From: Callorhinchus milii
Taxonomy: Eukaryota
NCBI RefSeq assembly: GCF_018977255.1
Contig: NW_024704742.1
Span: 121,770,001-121,834,000, forward strand
DNA: 64,000 nt
Reading direction: 5' to 3'
Shown here: positions 41,024 to 54,207 of the stretch, in pieces
Numbering within the stretch: the first letter of the stretch is position 1
How the letters are laid out: each line of letters begins with the position of its first letter
Notes under the pieces: model-generated
The model's input: the letters and a program-made list of their open reading frames with translations, nothing else
Databases searched by the model: none
Told to the model about the DNA's origin: nothing
Translations under genes and position numbers: made by a program

Positions 41024-42657
41024 CATCATTTGCTACCTTTAACCACTGTACCCTCTTCTCTCAGATTGCTGAACCATTTTCTTTCTATGCACACTGTGGT
41101 CATTTACCGCTTGTGTTTTTGCCGATTGTTATGCTGTGAATTAATCCCCTCACCTATTCATTAAGTGCTTTGATGTGAAAGGTGCAATGTAAATTGTATT
41201 GTATTCCTTTCCTCCAAAGCTTACCGTGCCTCAGACGTCTTGCCTTCTTTGACCTACTTCCCCCCCCTTCCTCAGATATGTTACCACCCCTTCCTTCCTG
41301 GGACTGCAACTCTCTACAATTCCATTAGTTATTATGGGTTGCCATTTTTTTACTTCAAAAGACAATTTTTGCTGGGCCCTCCAGATCCCCATCTCCACCC
41401 ACGCACAAACAAATAAATAAGCAGGGAAACTCTAAACTCCAAGGCCATAAAGAATGCAAATAGTCAAGAACGTTTGGACAGGGTAGAGCTTTTCTTTTTG
41501 GATGTGAGGTGATTGAGAGGTGACCTGTTGGAGGTATTTAAAATTAAGCAAGGATTTTTTAAGTTTAATAGACTATTTCCACTTGCGCGTGGATTCTCTT
41601 ATTAAGCCATAGTATAAAGTAGATCCAATTCTCTGCTTCAATGACCTTCCACAAGACTATTATCCCACAAGTTTATTATCAACCAGTTTGGATGAAGAAG
41701 GCTTTTTGGCCCAATTTGATCTCATCCTTCCAGAATATCAACCCTCACTTTACAGCATCAAGCTGTTTCTTAAGTCATCCCAATGCCCTGGCCTCAACCA
41801 CACTTCCAGACAACCTGTTCTGGTCATTAATTACCACTTTACATTAAAAAATGTTCCATTGGACTTTTACACCTGTTCTTCGATTTGGTGAGAAATAGAC
41901 TGTAGGAAATATGCGCTGATGATCTACCCTTGACCAAAATTGTGTTATCGTCTCCTTGTGGAGTGACTGGCAGTGGTTGAAATAGATCATATTCCATTTC
42001 TGTAGGTATACAATCTCACGAATGTGGATTCGGCTCACCTAATCTCCAAGAGGAAGGTAAAATATATTAATAAACCTAAGAAGGTGATTTTGTTTTCTCC
42101 CAAACTTAGCGTGTGTGACTCTGACTTGGTTGAGTCACCTTTCTCCCAAACTCCCCTCCCCTCACTCTGACCATTTCCCCCCTGCTTGGGTCCTGACCCA
42201 ACTGTCCAGCGCCTTGGGACGTCATGAAAGACGCTCTCTAAATGAAATCTTGTTGTTGTTGTCAAAGAACTTGCACCTTTATACCTCATCTCTGTCTTCC
42301 ATACCAGCTTTGTTAAGTCTTAAGCAATGTAAAATTATTCTGATTTCATGGGTTACTTTCATAATATATTTTAAACGCTAATAAAATGTGCTCTTTATGA
42401 AATGTGAATTTTTTTATTATATTGTTTTACAATAGTCTGTTTTATGATCTTCTAAGTCATATAATCAACAATCATTGTAAACCCCTTAATATTTTATAGG
42501 GATAGGATTAATCTTTTATTATCTGATGATAAGCAGAGTATTAGAAATGCATGTATTAATTGCTTTTTTTATATAAATTTTTCTTTTCTTTTTCCCCATT
42601 GGCATGTGTCTCTCTCTTGCTGGATGCAATTCCAAAGACACTGCTTGCCATCCATTC

Positions 42658-43017
42658 GTGGAGTCCTGTAGCTCAGTGGCTAGAGCACTCGCCTCGCAAG
42701 TGAGAGACCTGGGTTTGATTCCTGGCGGGGCAAAATGTTGAGTGAAACGAAAGTTTCCTTACTCCACTTGCCTCTGTTTACCGAGCAGTAAGTAGAAACC
42801 CGGTAGTTAGTTGATTGGCGGATCGCGTTTCCGGGGGTACTAATTCCTTAAAAAAAATTGGTCACTTCAATCCACGACTGTTTGTGGGGCACTGCTGTGC
42901 ACAATTTACTGCTGCTTTTCGCCCACAAAACATGCAGTCAATTCACTTTACAATATATTTTATGAAGGGCTTTGAAGATGTGATAAGACGCTATATCAAA
43001 TGCAAGGATTATTATTA
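42658..43017 (+). mobile_element. Deu-domain SINE, long subfamily, nested in an AmnSINE2-like relic
   Basis: Contains the extra internal segment. Confidence 0.85.
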
Positions 43018-44109
43018 GTATCCAGTTTCCCGCCCAAGTGACTATTATTCACATGTGAGGCTTGGCAGTGAGTGTTGACTTGACTGGCCACTTGTAAAGG
43101 GATTTACCTCTCCTCACATGCATACAACCAGTAGAGAATGCTGGATAGAGGCAAGGAGCAGGAATTGTTTTCCTCTCCCTAGCCCTGGGAAGCCTTGGGC
43201 CAGTTAATTCTCCCTATCTCACCCTCAGCTCAGACTGGGATGTGACCCAGCAAGTGCCTGATCTGTAAGATGTAGCTCTATCCATTACACTATAAGGGCT
43301 GCCTCCGGCATGCGTAAAATTCAATGGGATTTAATTTTAAATTGATTTTCTTTAAATCCACCTGAACAATGAAATCAAGAGTTCCCATAAATTGCATTCG
43401 CAGTATTTAAAAAGACATTTCTACCCTTTCAAGGAGTGAGCTATATATGGAAACGGAGGTTAACTATTAACCATTAGAGGCAAACCTTTTGTCAAACAAA
43501 CTGAAAGTTTGACAGATGCTTAAATGTTTGCTGTCACCTTGGTTGAATGTAAGAGATATAGGTTGATTGTTATATTGTTTTTAAACTTCCTGACCTGAGT
43601 AGCTGTGTGAATCTAACTGTAGTATTTTCTCCTTCTTAGCAAATTTGAAACGTGTTGATTATTATGATAATAATCTTTGCACTTGATATTGCACTTTAGC
43701 ACATCGTTGAGATGTCTCAAAGCGCTTCACAGAGTTTTACTGACAGACTGGCCAGCCTGGCTTATCGGCAGGAATTGGAGGGGCAGACTGAGAGAAGGGA
43801 TTCTTACCACTGGGTTCCTGTTAACTCTGCAAATCAAAGCTCTGATGGGTAGGATTGTCCTTGCTGGACTAGCAATAGGAAGTTTGCCAATACTCTCAAT
43901 GGCAAGGTTTTAGTTAGCGATATCCAACGCACACTCTCGGATCTTCAAGCCTTCGCTGTTGCCAATCTACATCTCGTATGGATTTGGTGAGCAATGTACG
44001 ACAACTCTCCAGGGAGAGAGCGCACACTCCATTCCAGACACAAAGAAATTTCCATGTATGGGAGGCATATATATGTGAAACTCTGTATGGTTTTGCCCCG
44101 ACCCTTTGA

Positions 44110-44736
44110 TTAAAGTATAAGAGTAGGGAAGTCTTGCTGCAACTGCATAGGGCCCTGGTGAGACCACACCTGGAATACTGTGTGCAGTTTTGGTCTCCTT
44201 ATTTAAGGAAGGATGTACTTGCCTTGGAGGGGGTACAGTGTAGATTTACTAGGTTAGTACCAGGGATGAAGGGGATGAGTTACAAGGATAGGCTGACCAA
44301 TTTGGGCCTATGTTCTCTAGAATATAGAAGAATTAGAGGGGATCTTATAGAAACCTATAAGCTCATCAAAGGGCATGATAGAGTAGATAGTGGGAGGTTG
44401 TTTCCCCTGGTTGGAGAAACTAAAACCAGGGGTCACAACCTTAAAATCAGAGGCAAGTCCTTTTGCACTGAGCTGAGGAAGAACTTCTTCACTCAAAGGG
44501 TGGTGAATGTACGGAACTCACTACCCCAAAGGGCTGTTGACGCTCAGTCCTTGAACATATTCAAAACTAAGATAGATTTCTTATTGCAAAAGGGATTAAG
44601 GGATATGGGGATAAGGCAGGGTCAGGTTATTATCTGGAGTTAGATTAGAAGATCAGCCATGATTGAATGGCGGGGCAACCTCGAAAGGGCCGAATGGCCT
44701 ACTCCTGCTCCTACATGTTATGTTATGATCTTATGC
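44110..44736 (+). mobile_element. CR1 LINE 3' fragment
   Basis: ALVRPHLEYCVQFWSPY..D..ALEGVQ.RFTRLVPG...RGDLIETYK..TRGHNLK..FFTQRVV, followed by the typical GGCCGAATGGCCTACTCCTG 3' end. Confidence 0.95.
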
Positions 44737-45142
44737 TCATTATGCCCATACCTTCTGAAACTCCCTGCCTTAATCCCTCTGCCTTGCTTCCTCTTTGCTC
44801 ATCTTCAGATCACACCTCAACACTTTCCTCTGTTCCTACAGTCATTTCCTCTTTCTCTCTGAGTCGACGTTAAACTTTGCCATTGTTAAGTGCTCTGAGA
44901 CGCTACTCTATGTGAAGGGTGCTATATAAATGCAAAATAGGGGAGTAACCCTCATCCTTTATTATGTGGTGATTGCTCAGTTGTTTTTTCTTTCGCTTGC
45001 ATAATCTTTAACTTAGACCAACAATATCGTTCTTTTTATCCCTTTATATTTTTGAAAATACTATAGTAACTCCTCTGACCTGTCTGCTCTTGTTCTTCAA
45101 AACTTCATATTGTCGTATGTGCTCTTTTTTCTCCCTGAATCG

Positions 45143-45480
45143 CCTAGCGTAGTGGTTAGTGTGTTCTCCTTGCAAGTGAGAGGACCTGGGTTCGATTCCT
45201 GAGTCGGGCAAAACCTTAGGCAAGTTTCCTTACTCCACACGCCTCTGTTCACGTGCCGTAGAATGTACTCCCGATGTGAAACGAGTTATACAAATGTAAT
45301 TTGTTGTTGTTGTTTACCTAGCTTTAAGTAGGAACTTAGTTGTTAGTTGATTGGTGGATTGTTTTCTGGGGGTAATAGTCCCTCCAAAAAAAATTCTGTG
45401 AAGTACTTCAAGACATTTTGACAATGTGATAAAGTTCTCCATCAAATGCAAGAAATATTATTATTAATATTTTTCATCCA
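45143..45480 (+). mobile_element. Long-subfamily SINE interrupted by a ~60-bp L2 tail
   Basis: Head cctagcgtagtggttag; insertion at ~45250-45312 ending in (TTG)n. Confidence 0.75.
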
Positions 45481-46611
45481 AATACAAGAATTATTATTAT
45501 TATCATTCTCAATCCATGACTGTTTGTGGGAGGCTGTTGCACACAATTGGCTAACGTGTTTTGCCCACAAAATATAGACAATCCAATATATTCTGTGAAA
45601 CACTTTGAGACGTCTTAATGGTGTGATAAGTTGCATCATTTATCAAATGCAAGGTTTATTATTATTATTGAGTCCTCACATTGCTAAAATCAAAACTCTT
45701 CACACTTTATTCTGCTTTAACATTATTTCCCAGGAACTCCCTTGCGTCTTTCTGTTTTCCTTACCTCATTTAATATAGACTTTTTAAAACACAAGCTTGG
45801 CTTCACCAAATCACTTCTTGACTTATACTGTTTCTTTACTGCTTTTTGTAACCTTGGTGGTGTACTGGACTAAAGGTCACAGACCTTCACCTATTCTGAA
45901 TAGAAATATCACTCCCAGGGCTGATAAATATTTACCAACTGAACCATGTAGTACATCTTGTTCCAACGTATGCTGGAAGCATTTTCAATGATGATGTCCT
46001 CTCAGTGACAGAAGATACATGGCATTGTTTTAGGGAATGTACTGTATTAAGTGATGCACGACCCCAACAGTATTTGCTGATCAGAATTGTGGAATCTGAA
46101 AAATTCTCAATTCTGGTGTCTTAAAATGTGTGCAATTTTGGAAAACAGTCTTTAAATTCATCTTTGATTTGGGGGCTGATTTTCATTTTCTATCTTTGGT
46201 GAAAAAAATTCTACATTGTAATACTGACAATTTCTGAAGATTTTTCCTCCTATAAACTTTAGGAAACAAATACACAAAGTGAAATGAATCATTCCCAGCA
46301 GTAAGGGTACATTTTGGTTCTTGTCTTGGTGTTGTGATACAATGAAGGAGTCAGACAAATGGACCAGATGGAGGATGAACATAAGCGAGTGACAAAACCA
46401 ACAGAAAATATTTAATTTCATATCTACCAATATTCAGAGTGCATCATAGAAATGAATAATAATATCCTTGAATTTGATATAATCATGTTGTTGAGACATC
46501 TCAAAGCGCTTCACAGGATATATTGTAAAGTGAATTTACTGTGTATTTTTGGGGCAAAATGCAGCAGCTAAATATGCTCAGCAATGTCCCGCAAACAGTC
46601 ATGGATTGAGA

Positions 46612-47220
46612 ATAATAATGATAATAATAATAATTATTATATTTGATATAGCGCTTTTCAAGTCTTCTAGACGTCTCAAAGCATTTCGCAGAATATACTG
46701 TAAAGTGAATTGACTATATATTGGGAACACTCAGCAGGTCAAGGAGCATCTATGGAGAAAGGAAAGTGAGTCAATGTTTTGGATCCATGCCACTTCGTCA
46801 GAAGTGGGGCATGTTGGCAGGGAGAGGCTTTTAAGCACTAACAGAGAGGGGGGAGGCAGGGCAAGGAAGACAAAGGAGAAAATGGGGTAGAGGACCGAGA
46901 ATGATGGGTTAAAGAGTTGAGATGCTACCTGACTTGCTGAGTGTTCCCAGTGACTTCTGTTTGTGTTTTCAAATTTCTAGCATCTGCAGTATTTTGCATT
47001 TTGACTGTATATTTGTGGGCGTAATGTGGCAGCCAATTGCGCATAGCAGTGTCCCACAAATAGTCATGGATTGAGTGACCAAATTATTGTTATTTTTTTC
47101 TTGAGGGATTATTATCAGGCATGTCGAGTAAGGAAGCTTGCCTACAGTTTTGCCCTGCCGGGTATCGAACCCAGGTCTCTCTTGTAAGGCAAGTGCTCTA
47201 ATTACTGAGCTAAAGGACTC
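46612..47220 (-). mobile_element. Deu-domain SINE split by a Penelope-like insertion
   Basis: Tail at 46612-46722; body and head at 47001-47220. Confidence 0.85.
46723..47000. mobile_element. Short non-autonomous Penelope-like insertion inside a SINE
   Basis: Homologous to 61685-61885 plus an inverted terminal segment; ~13-bp duplication TTGACT(A/G)TATATT at 46710-46722 and 47001-47013. Confidence 0.8.
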
Positions 47221-49545
47221 TAATTCTTGATTTGAATGAAAAATATTAATAGTAATAACTCTTACATTTGATAGAGCTCTTTATCACGCTGTGAATGCAT
47301 CTCAAAGTGCTTCACAGTACTTCACTGTGGAGTTTAGTGACTGTGTATTTTTCAGGTGTACATGTCATGTGGTTAATGCAAAATGAAAACCCCAAACAAA
47401 ACTTTGCTTTTCATTGTTGTTCAGACACTTGGTGTCTTCCCACATTAAGAACTGATCTGGAACATTTCAGCGACTTGACTGAGACAAAAACAAGCAGAGG
47501 TTGCTTTAAAGCAAACATCTGAATACCCAAATGCGTGAGGTATTCAGCAAAACTGAGGAGGAGTTGGATACTTTCAGTTTCCTCAAGGACACCGACAAAG
47601 CTGCAAGATTCTTGACAAGCTATGAAATGCTTTGAGTAGTAGATTACAATGTAGAAATCATTTTTAGTGCATAATAATTTGTTTCCTACTCTACCGTATT
47701 ATTTCACAGCATTGGTGTGTTAATGGTGTTTGTACTTTTGTCACGTTGGGTTACTGATGATGGCTTTAGTAGACCGCAAAAAACTTTTTATGAAGTCATA
47801 AATCTGAGACTTGTAAACCCACACAAGACCTGCTCATTGAAATGCCGGAGCCCCAAACTTCACCAATTTTCTTTCTGAATGCGGTAGCTATTGTTACATC
47901 TCGAGAAAAGCCATTTGGATCTGATGAGCAAGTTGAGAATTTCCTTCAAAATGTGTGAAACCATTTGGCGGCAAATGGCTTTTGTGATTCCCATTATAAT
48001 AATCCTTGCATTTGATATAGCGCCTTTCATGTCAGGAGAATCGTCTGAAAGTGCTTCACAGGATTAATCATAATAATCTTTGCATTTGATTTAGTGCCAT
48101 ATCACGTCGTTGAGACATCTCAAAGCGCTTAATTTAATTTACTTTAAAATGTATTTAATTTACTGTAAAGTGTGTGTGTTGTAGGTGAACATTGCAATTA
48201 ATATGCTTGAAATTACATGAAGGGTGCATATCAAATGCAAGAATTATTATAATAATTTAACATCTTTCTATCCTGTAAGAAATTATTTGATAATGTAACA
48301 ACTAGTTTATTCATGTTTGAATCCAAGAGGCAGGTCTGCACACTGCAAACTCACTTGTAAAAATGTGTTTGTTGGTTTCCTGGAATTACAAATAAATGAA
48401 GCTGCAACATGGGAAAGAAATCAAAGAAATTACAATACATCTCACATCAATAACAGCCAAGCCCAGAGAGAAATGTAATGGGCTGAAAGCCCAGAGACAT
48501 TCTTGAATTGCTTTTCTTGTTCCAATCTGAATTGGGATTGTGAAAAGTTACAATACAATTTACATTTAGATAGCACCTTTCACATCAGGAGGACATCTCA
48601 AAGCACTTGACAATGCCGACTGGGCACATGAGCTAGATGTGGGAGCTGAGGAGGTGGGCAGGGGAAAGATGACTAAAAGTGCAGTCAAAGAGATATGCTT
48701 TGAGAAGGACCTTGAACGAGGAGAACGGAGGGCAATGAAGTGAAATGAAAATCTTTTAAAATTCAGACTTTTGCTTGCATTGAAGTTAACTAATTGGACT
48801 TACCTGACCTGCTTCATGATTGAGATGTGCACTGTGGGAGATTACAGGCTGCTCTATGCAGGTCGCAGGAGCTGCCAATTTGATTGAACATTTTTTAAGT
48901 GATCCATGTGTTGCAAATGCTATGCTACAAATTGTTCACAAAGCAGTGGAGAACGGTCTTGGCAGAAACTATGAAATAAACATATGTAAGTTTGTATGTT
49001 AATTTATTGCAAATGTTATCCAGGCCAACATCACAGTATAACACTTCATTTTTATTCTGTTCTTTTTTTTGCATTAACAAAAAGGGCATTCTTACTCACC
49101 GTCCACCAGAAATCTGGCATTCAAACCAGCTCATTAATATTTAATTCTTAAACACTATAGCAAAAACAATACCTAAACTCACAGTGATTCAGTTCTAGTG
49201 TAATATCAGTCAGTACAAGTCACATTGGGACTGAAAATATGGAAATTTGCAAGGTTTATGTAAAATAGCACAGTAATCAGGAATCTAACCTGGGAACATT
49301 CTATTCTGTGTTGTTATTGCATCAGGTTCAGCCAAAGGGCATTTACTCGTTTGCTGATCAATAATGTAACTAGTATTTTGTCAATGCATTAAACAAGGAA
49401 AATAGCCAACAACTGATAGGTATGATTAATAACCTGATTTCCGATCATAGGCTTGTTTTTTGCTTTTGGACCTTTGTTTGGCCAAACTTCCTGCTGGGGA
49501 ATACAACTTTGGGATTCTTTATGAAATTTGATTAAGAAATATAAA

Positions 49546-49867
49546 GTAGAGTCCTGTAGCTCAGTGGTTAGAGCACTCACTTTGTAAGCGAGAGACCTGA
49601 GTTCAATTCCAGGCAGGGCGAAACCTTGGGCAAGTTTCCTTACTCCACACGCCTAATAATAATCCCTCTAAAACCAAAAACAATAATAAAAATTAGTCAT
49701 TTTCAATCTATGACTGTTTGTGGGACATTGTTGTGCGCAATTGGCTGCCGCGTTCGCCCACAAATATAGTCAATTCACTTTACAGTGTGTTCTGTGAAGC
49801 GCTTTGGGACATCCTCCCGACGTGAAAAGCGCTATACCAAATGCAAGGATTATTATTATTATTATTA
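49546..49867 (+). mobile_element. Young Deu-domain SINE, short subfamily
   Basis: Full-length copy. Confidence 0.9.
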
Positions 49868-51414
49868 AAAAAAACACATCCCAAAGATTGGCTGACAAAG
49901 GCCACTTGGGGCCAGTGTGTTGTTTTCTTATCTCTTATTTGACTTTGCTGGGCAAAAAAAAATTTGAGTTGAGGTACAGATCAGCCATTATCTATTAGAA
50001 TGGCTGAATGGCCTACTCCTGTTCCTATGTTCCCACATATATATATTATATATAATATAAACAAATAAAGGGAAAAGCCCAGAAGCAAAAACCCAAGTGG
50101 TAAGATTCTAAAATGAATTAGAAACAATGACAATGACAAACGATTGTATCAAATGTAAGGATTATTATATCCTTTTAAATTTCACCTACAAAAACACATT
50201 CACTATGTTTTCCTTTGTTTTGTTTAGCCCACAAAATACACAGTTACTGCGCTTTACAGTATATCCTGTGAAGCGCTTTGAGATGTCTAACAACATGATA
50301 ATGAGCTATACCAAATGCAAAGATTGTTATTAATATTAGTATGACATTTGGTGAGATTTTACTCTATTTCTAAAGCATATGATGCGGGATCTATTTGTTT
50401 GTTTTCAGACCAGTTCCTCATGGAGGTCAATTCTTTATACACTGACAGCTTGGGTGCACCCTGAAACAGGGTTTTATGCTTTGATCATACGATTATACTA
50501 TCATACTCTCCACAGCTTCAATAAAATTCTTCTAAACCAAACAAGTCCTTGCGTTGAACACCTTAGTGTAAGCTTTGGAGAATCTTATGTGACTGAACAT
50601 GCTCGATGAATTCATGAAATTCATGAATTCCCAAAGGAAAACACCCACTGATATTTTTAACACAGCAATAGATCACTTGTCCTCACCTCAGGGAGCCAGA
50701 TAATTGGAAACAAAGTATTCTTTTGCAATTGTAATTTGTAAAGTTTTCATTGGATACATTAATGCAAGTGAAAACATCCTGTAGGATTTATAGTTTGACC
50801 AATTAATTTTTATAAGTTACTTAAAAGAACCAAATATTGCATCATTGTGGGATATTTAAATTGGATTCAACCATATCTTACTAAAGGAAGGCTTTGTCAG
50901 GTAGCACAGCAGTCAGTCTCAGAAATATTGAGTTTAGGAGGAATCATTTCATTCTATTTTATAGAATGTACCTTGAAATGTTGGTTCCCAAAGCCAAACT
51001 TCCCAGTTTGCTGGTTTCCTCATTTTAAGAATAAGTTCCAGGGATTCCTTTGATTGCTTTGATTATTTTAATTACTCTGATTACCTTCTCTTTTGATCGT
51101 GCCTTCAGTCATTTTCCCTCCTCCACCAACCCCCAACACCCCCGACAGCCATCCACCCCCACTCCTGTCTTCCAACATCCACCCCCCCGGCCTGCCCTCC
51201 ACCCCTCTGTGATCCCAACCTACAGCTCGGGTGCAAATGAGCCAATCGAAGTCAATGCCAAAAAGGATATAAAGGATTTCCTTTAAAATCCTGTGAAATG
51301 CAATAAAAAAACATTTGTGGCTCAAAATGGAAAATGATACTAATAATATTAATCCTGTGCTTACATTTCATATAGCATCTTACCACATTGTCAAATTCTC
51401 AAAGTGTTTCCCAA

Positions 51415-51732
51415 AATAATAATAATAATAATCATTGCATTTGATAAAGTGCTTTCCATGTCTTCTCAACGTCTCAAAGCGGTTCACAGAATAGACTGTA
51501 AAGTGAATTGACCATATATTTGTGGGTGAAACGCGGCAGCCAAATGTGCACAGCAGTGTTCCACAAACAGTCATGGATTGAAAATGACCAATTTATTATT
51601 GTTTCATTTTGGAGGGATTATTATTAGGCGTGTGGAGTAAGGAAACTTGCCCAAGGTTTCACCCTGCCTGGAATTGAACCCAGGTCTCTCGCTTGCAAGG
51701 CGAGTGCTCTAACCATTGAGCTACAGGACTCC
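51415..51732 (-). mobile_element. Deu-domain SINE, short subfamily
   Basis: Full-length reverse copy, abutting an older SINE at ~51735-52085. Confidence 0.9.
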
Positions 51733-53896
51733 AAAATGTTATTGTAAGGTATAGGGACTGATTATTTTGTTGGCAAAAGGGCAGCCAATTTGTGCACTGA
51801 AATGTCCCACAAATAGCCATGAATTGAATGGCCAATTTTAACTGGGGGAGTGTTGACCAAGACACCATGGAGAAACTCCCTTCTCTTTTTGAATAGTGCA
51901 ATGGGATCTTGAATGTCCACCTTAACAGGCAGACGGGATCTCAGTTTAATGGCTCAACTGGAGGACAATTCATCTGACAATGCAGCACTCTCCCAGCCTA
52001 GAATGTGAGCTCAAAGTCCCAACTTGGAGCCCACTACCTTCTGACTCAGATGCAAAAGTGCTGTCAGGCTGAGGCAGGATGACACTTTTCAGAGATATAA
52101 ATACTTTTATCTGCTAGCAAGGTGATAGGAATTCCTTTTTTTCTTTCACAGCATTTAATAATATCTGCAAGGTTCTGAGGTTTCACAGAATGCTGATAAG
52201 TTTCAGGAAATTTACAGCTTATAGTGATAAAAATCAAATGGTGTGTGAATCTATAATTAAAAGCTAAGCAGTGTTAGGGAGATAAATCAGAAATGCATTC
52301 AATGGCACAGGGAGGTAAAAAGGAGAACATTAATTAAAAATGAGTAAAATAATAAAAGAATCTCTCAAGCATCAAATAATATATTTAACCTGCTCCAGGT
52401 TCTTTCTCAAAGTGAATGTTGTCTGAAATCCTCCATCCTATTACTGACTTGTAACTCACTCCTGTGTTGTACTCCAATGGTCTTGTTTGCTTCTGATTCT
52501 GTTCTTCAGCTGTAGAATGTGAGCTTTGGTGCCTGAATCAGATGGTATAGATGTATTTAAGAGGAAGACAAATATATTCATGAGGGAGAAGGGAATAGAA
52601 CTGTATAGGAGGGATTAAGATGGGATGTATGGATTTCTCAGTCTGGTTTTGATGGGGATGGGATTTCAACATGTGCCAGACACCTGGCTGACCCCAGGTT
52701 TCGGGGGTGGGTGGGGGGGTGGGTGGCGGGTGGAGGAAGGAAGGAGGGTGTGGAGACACATGTGGAATATAAACACTGGTTTGACTAAATAATTATATAT
52801 TCTATGTATCTACGGTATTTGAAATATTTTCAGGAGTGTTTTAGGGAGCCAACCTCAAAGAGCAGAATTCATCCAAACAGAAATCATTTGCAGGGCAATG
52901 TGTAAGGTTTGACAATGGACAGAGATACTGGGTTTCCTCTTCAACCATCATCCTCCAACCTCACCCTCCACCCCTCCTGATCCCAATCCCCCACTCAAGT
53001 GCAAATCCTTGGGAAAGGCACTATACAAATATAATTTGTTGTTGTTGTTTCATAATGATTAATTAACCTGCACACCATCAAACCTTCAGTCTTTCATTGT
53101 TTGCAATCTACCCACGTAAATCAAAGCTTTGTAACTTATACCTGATAATGATTATCACTGCAAATGGCAATGCATGTCGACACTTTAATGAAGTATAAGA
53201 AAACAAACAATATCATGTATCAATATATTTGTTTGGATAGTGTTTCACAGTACAGGATTATATTTCTGGTATATCAGGTGTATAATAACTTTTTTAAAAT
53301 ACTGTATCATAAAATGAAGACGTCGATGAACATCACAGTTGAGAATAGATGACAGTTTTGATGGATTAACATTTGTAGTGATTGAAGCAGAACTTCTTAA
53401 CATGATAGTCTAACTCCTATCATTGTTGTTCACAAAAATGATCCATGATCATGAGAGTGTGTGTTAGGAATATACAGAATAAGGTTCCTGTGGTAGTGTG
53501 TATTACGACATGCTGGTTAGATGCTCAGGCACTGCTAAGTGACCTATCTAACAGAGTTGGGATGCCACCACTGAACACACTGAGTTCTGTGGGGGAAAGG
53601 AGGGAGGTTGGATATCAACCAGCATTCCTAATCTATATCCAGTGATCTTTGCTGCAAACCTTCAAAAATGGGTGGATTCCTGGTTCGTAATGTTGGGCAA
53701 GTTTCCGTACTCCACACGTCTCTTTTTACCTAGCAGTAAGTAGGAACCCGATTGTTAATCGATTGGCAGATCACTTTTCCAAGGGTAATAATACCTTAAA
53801 AAATATATAAATTTGGTCACTTAATCCACGACTGTTTGTGGGACACTGCTGCTGTGCGCAATAGGCTGCTGAAGACGTGATAAGTTGCTATATAGT

Positions 53897-54207
53897 AATA
53901 TAAATAATTCATGCATTTTTTAGCGCTTTTCATGTCTTCTAGATGTCTCAAAGCGCTTCACAGAATATACTGTAAAATGAATTGACTGTATATTTGGGGC
54001 GAAACGTGACAGTCAATTGTGCACAGCAATGTCCCACAAACAGTCACCGATTGAAGCGGCCAATTTATTGTTGTTTTTTTTCTTGAGGGATTATTATTAC
54101 GCGTGTGGAGTAAGGAAACTTGCCCAAGGTTTCGCCCTGCCGGGAATTGAACCCAGGTCTCTCACTTGCGAGGCGAGTGCTCTAATCCCTGAGCTACAGG
54201 TCTCCAC
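53897..54207 (-). mobile_element. Deu-domain SINE, short subfamily, tail-to-tail with a long-subfamily copy at ~53670-53893 (+)
   Basis: Head, Deu core and tail all recognisable. Confidence 0.85.
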
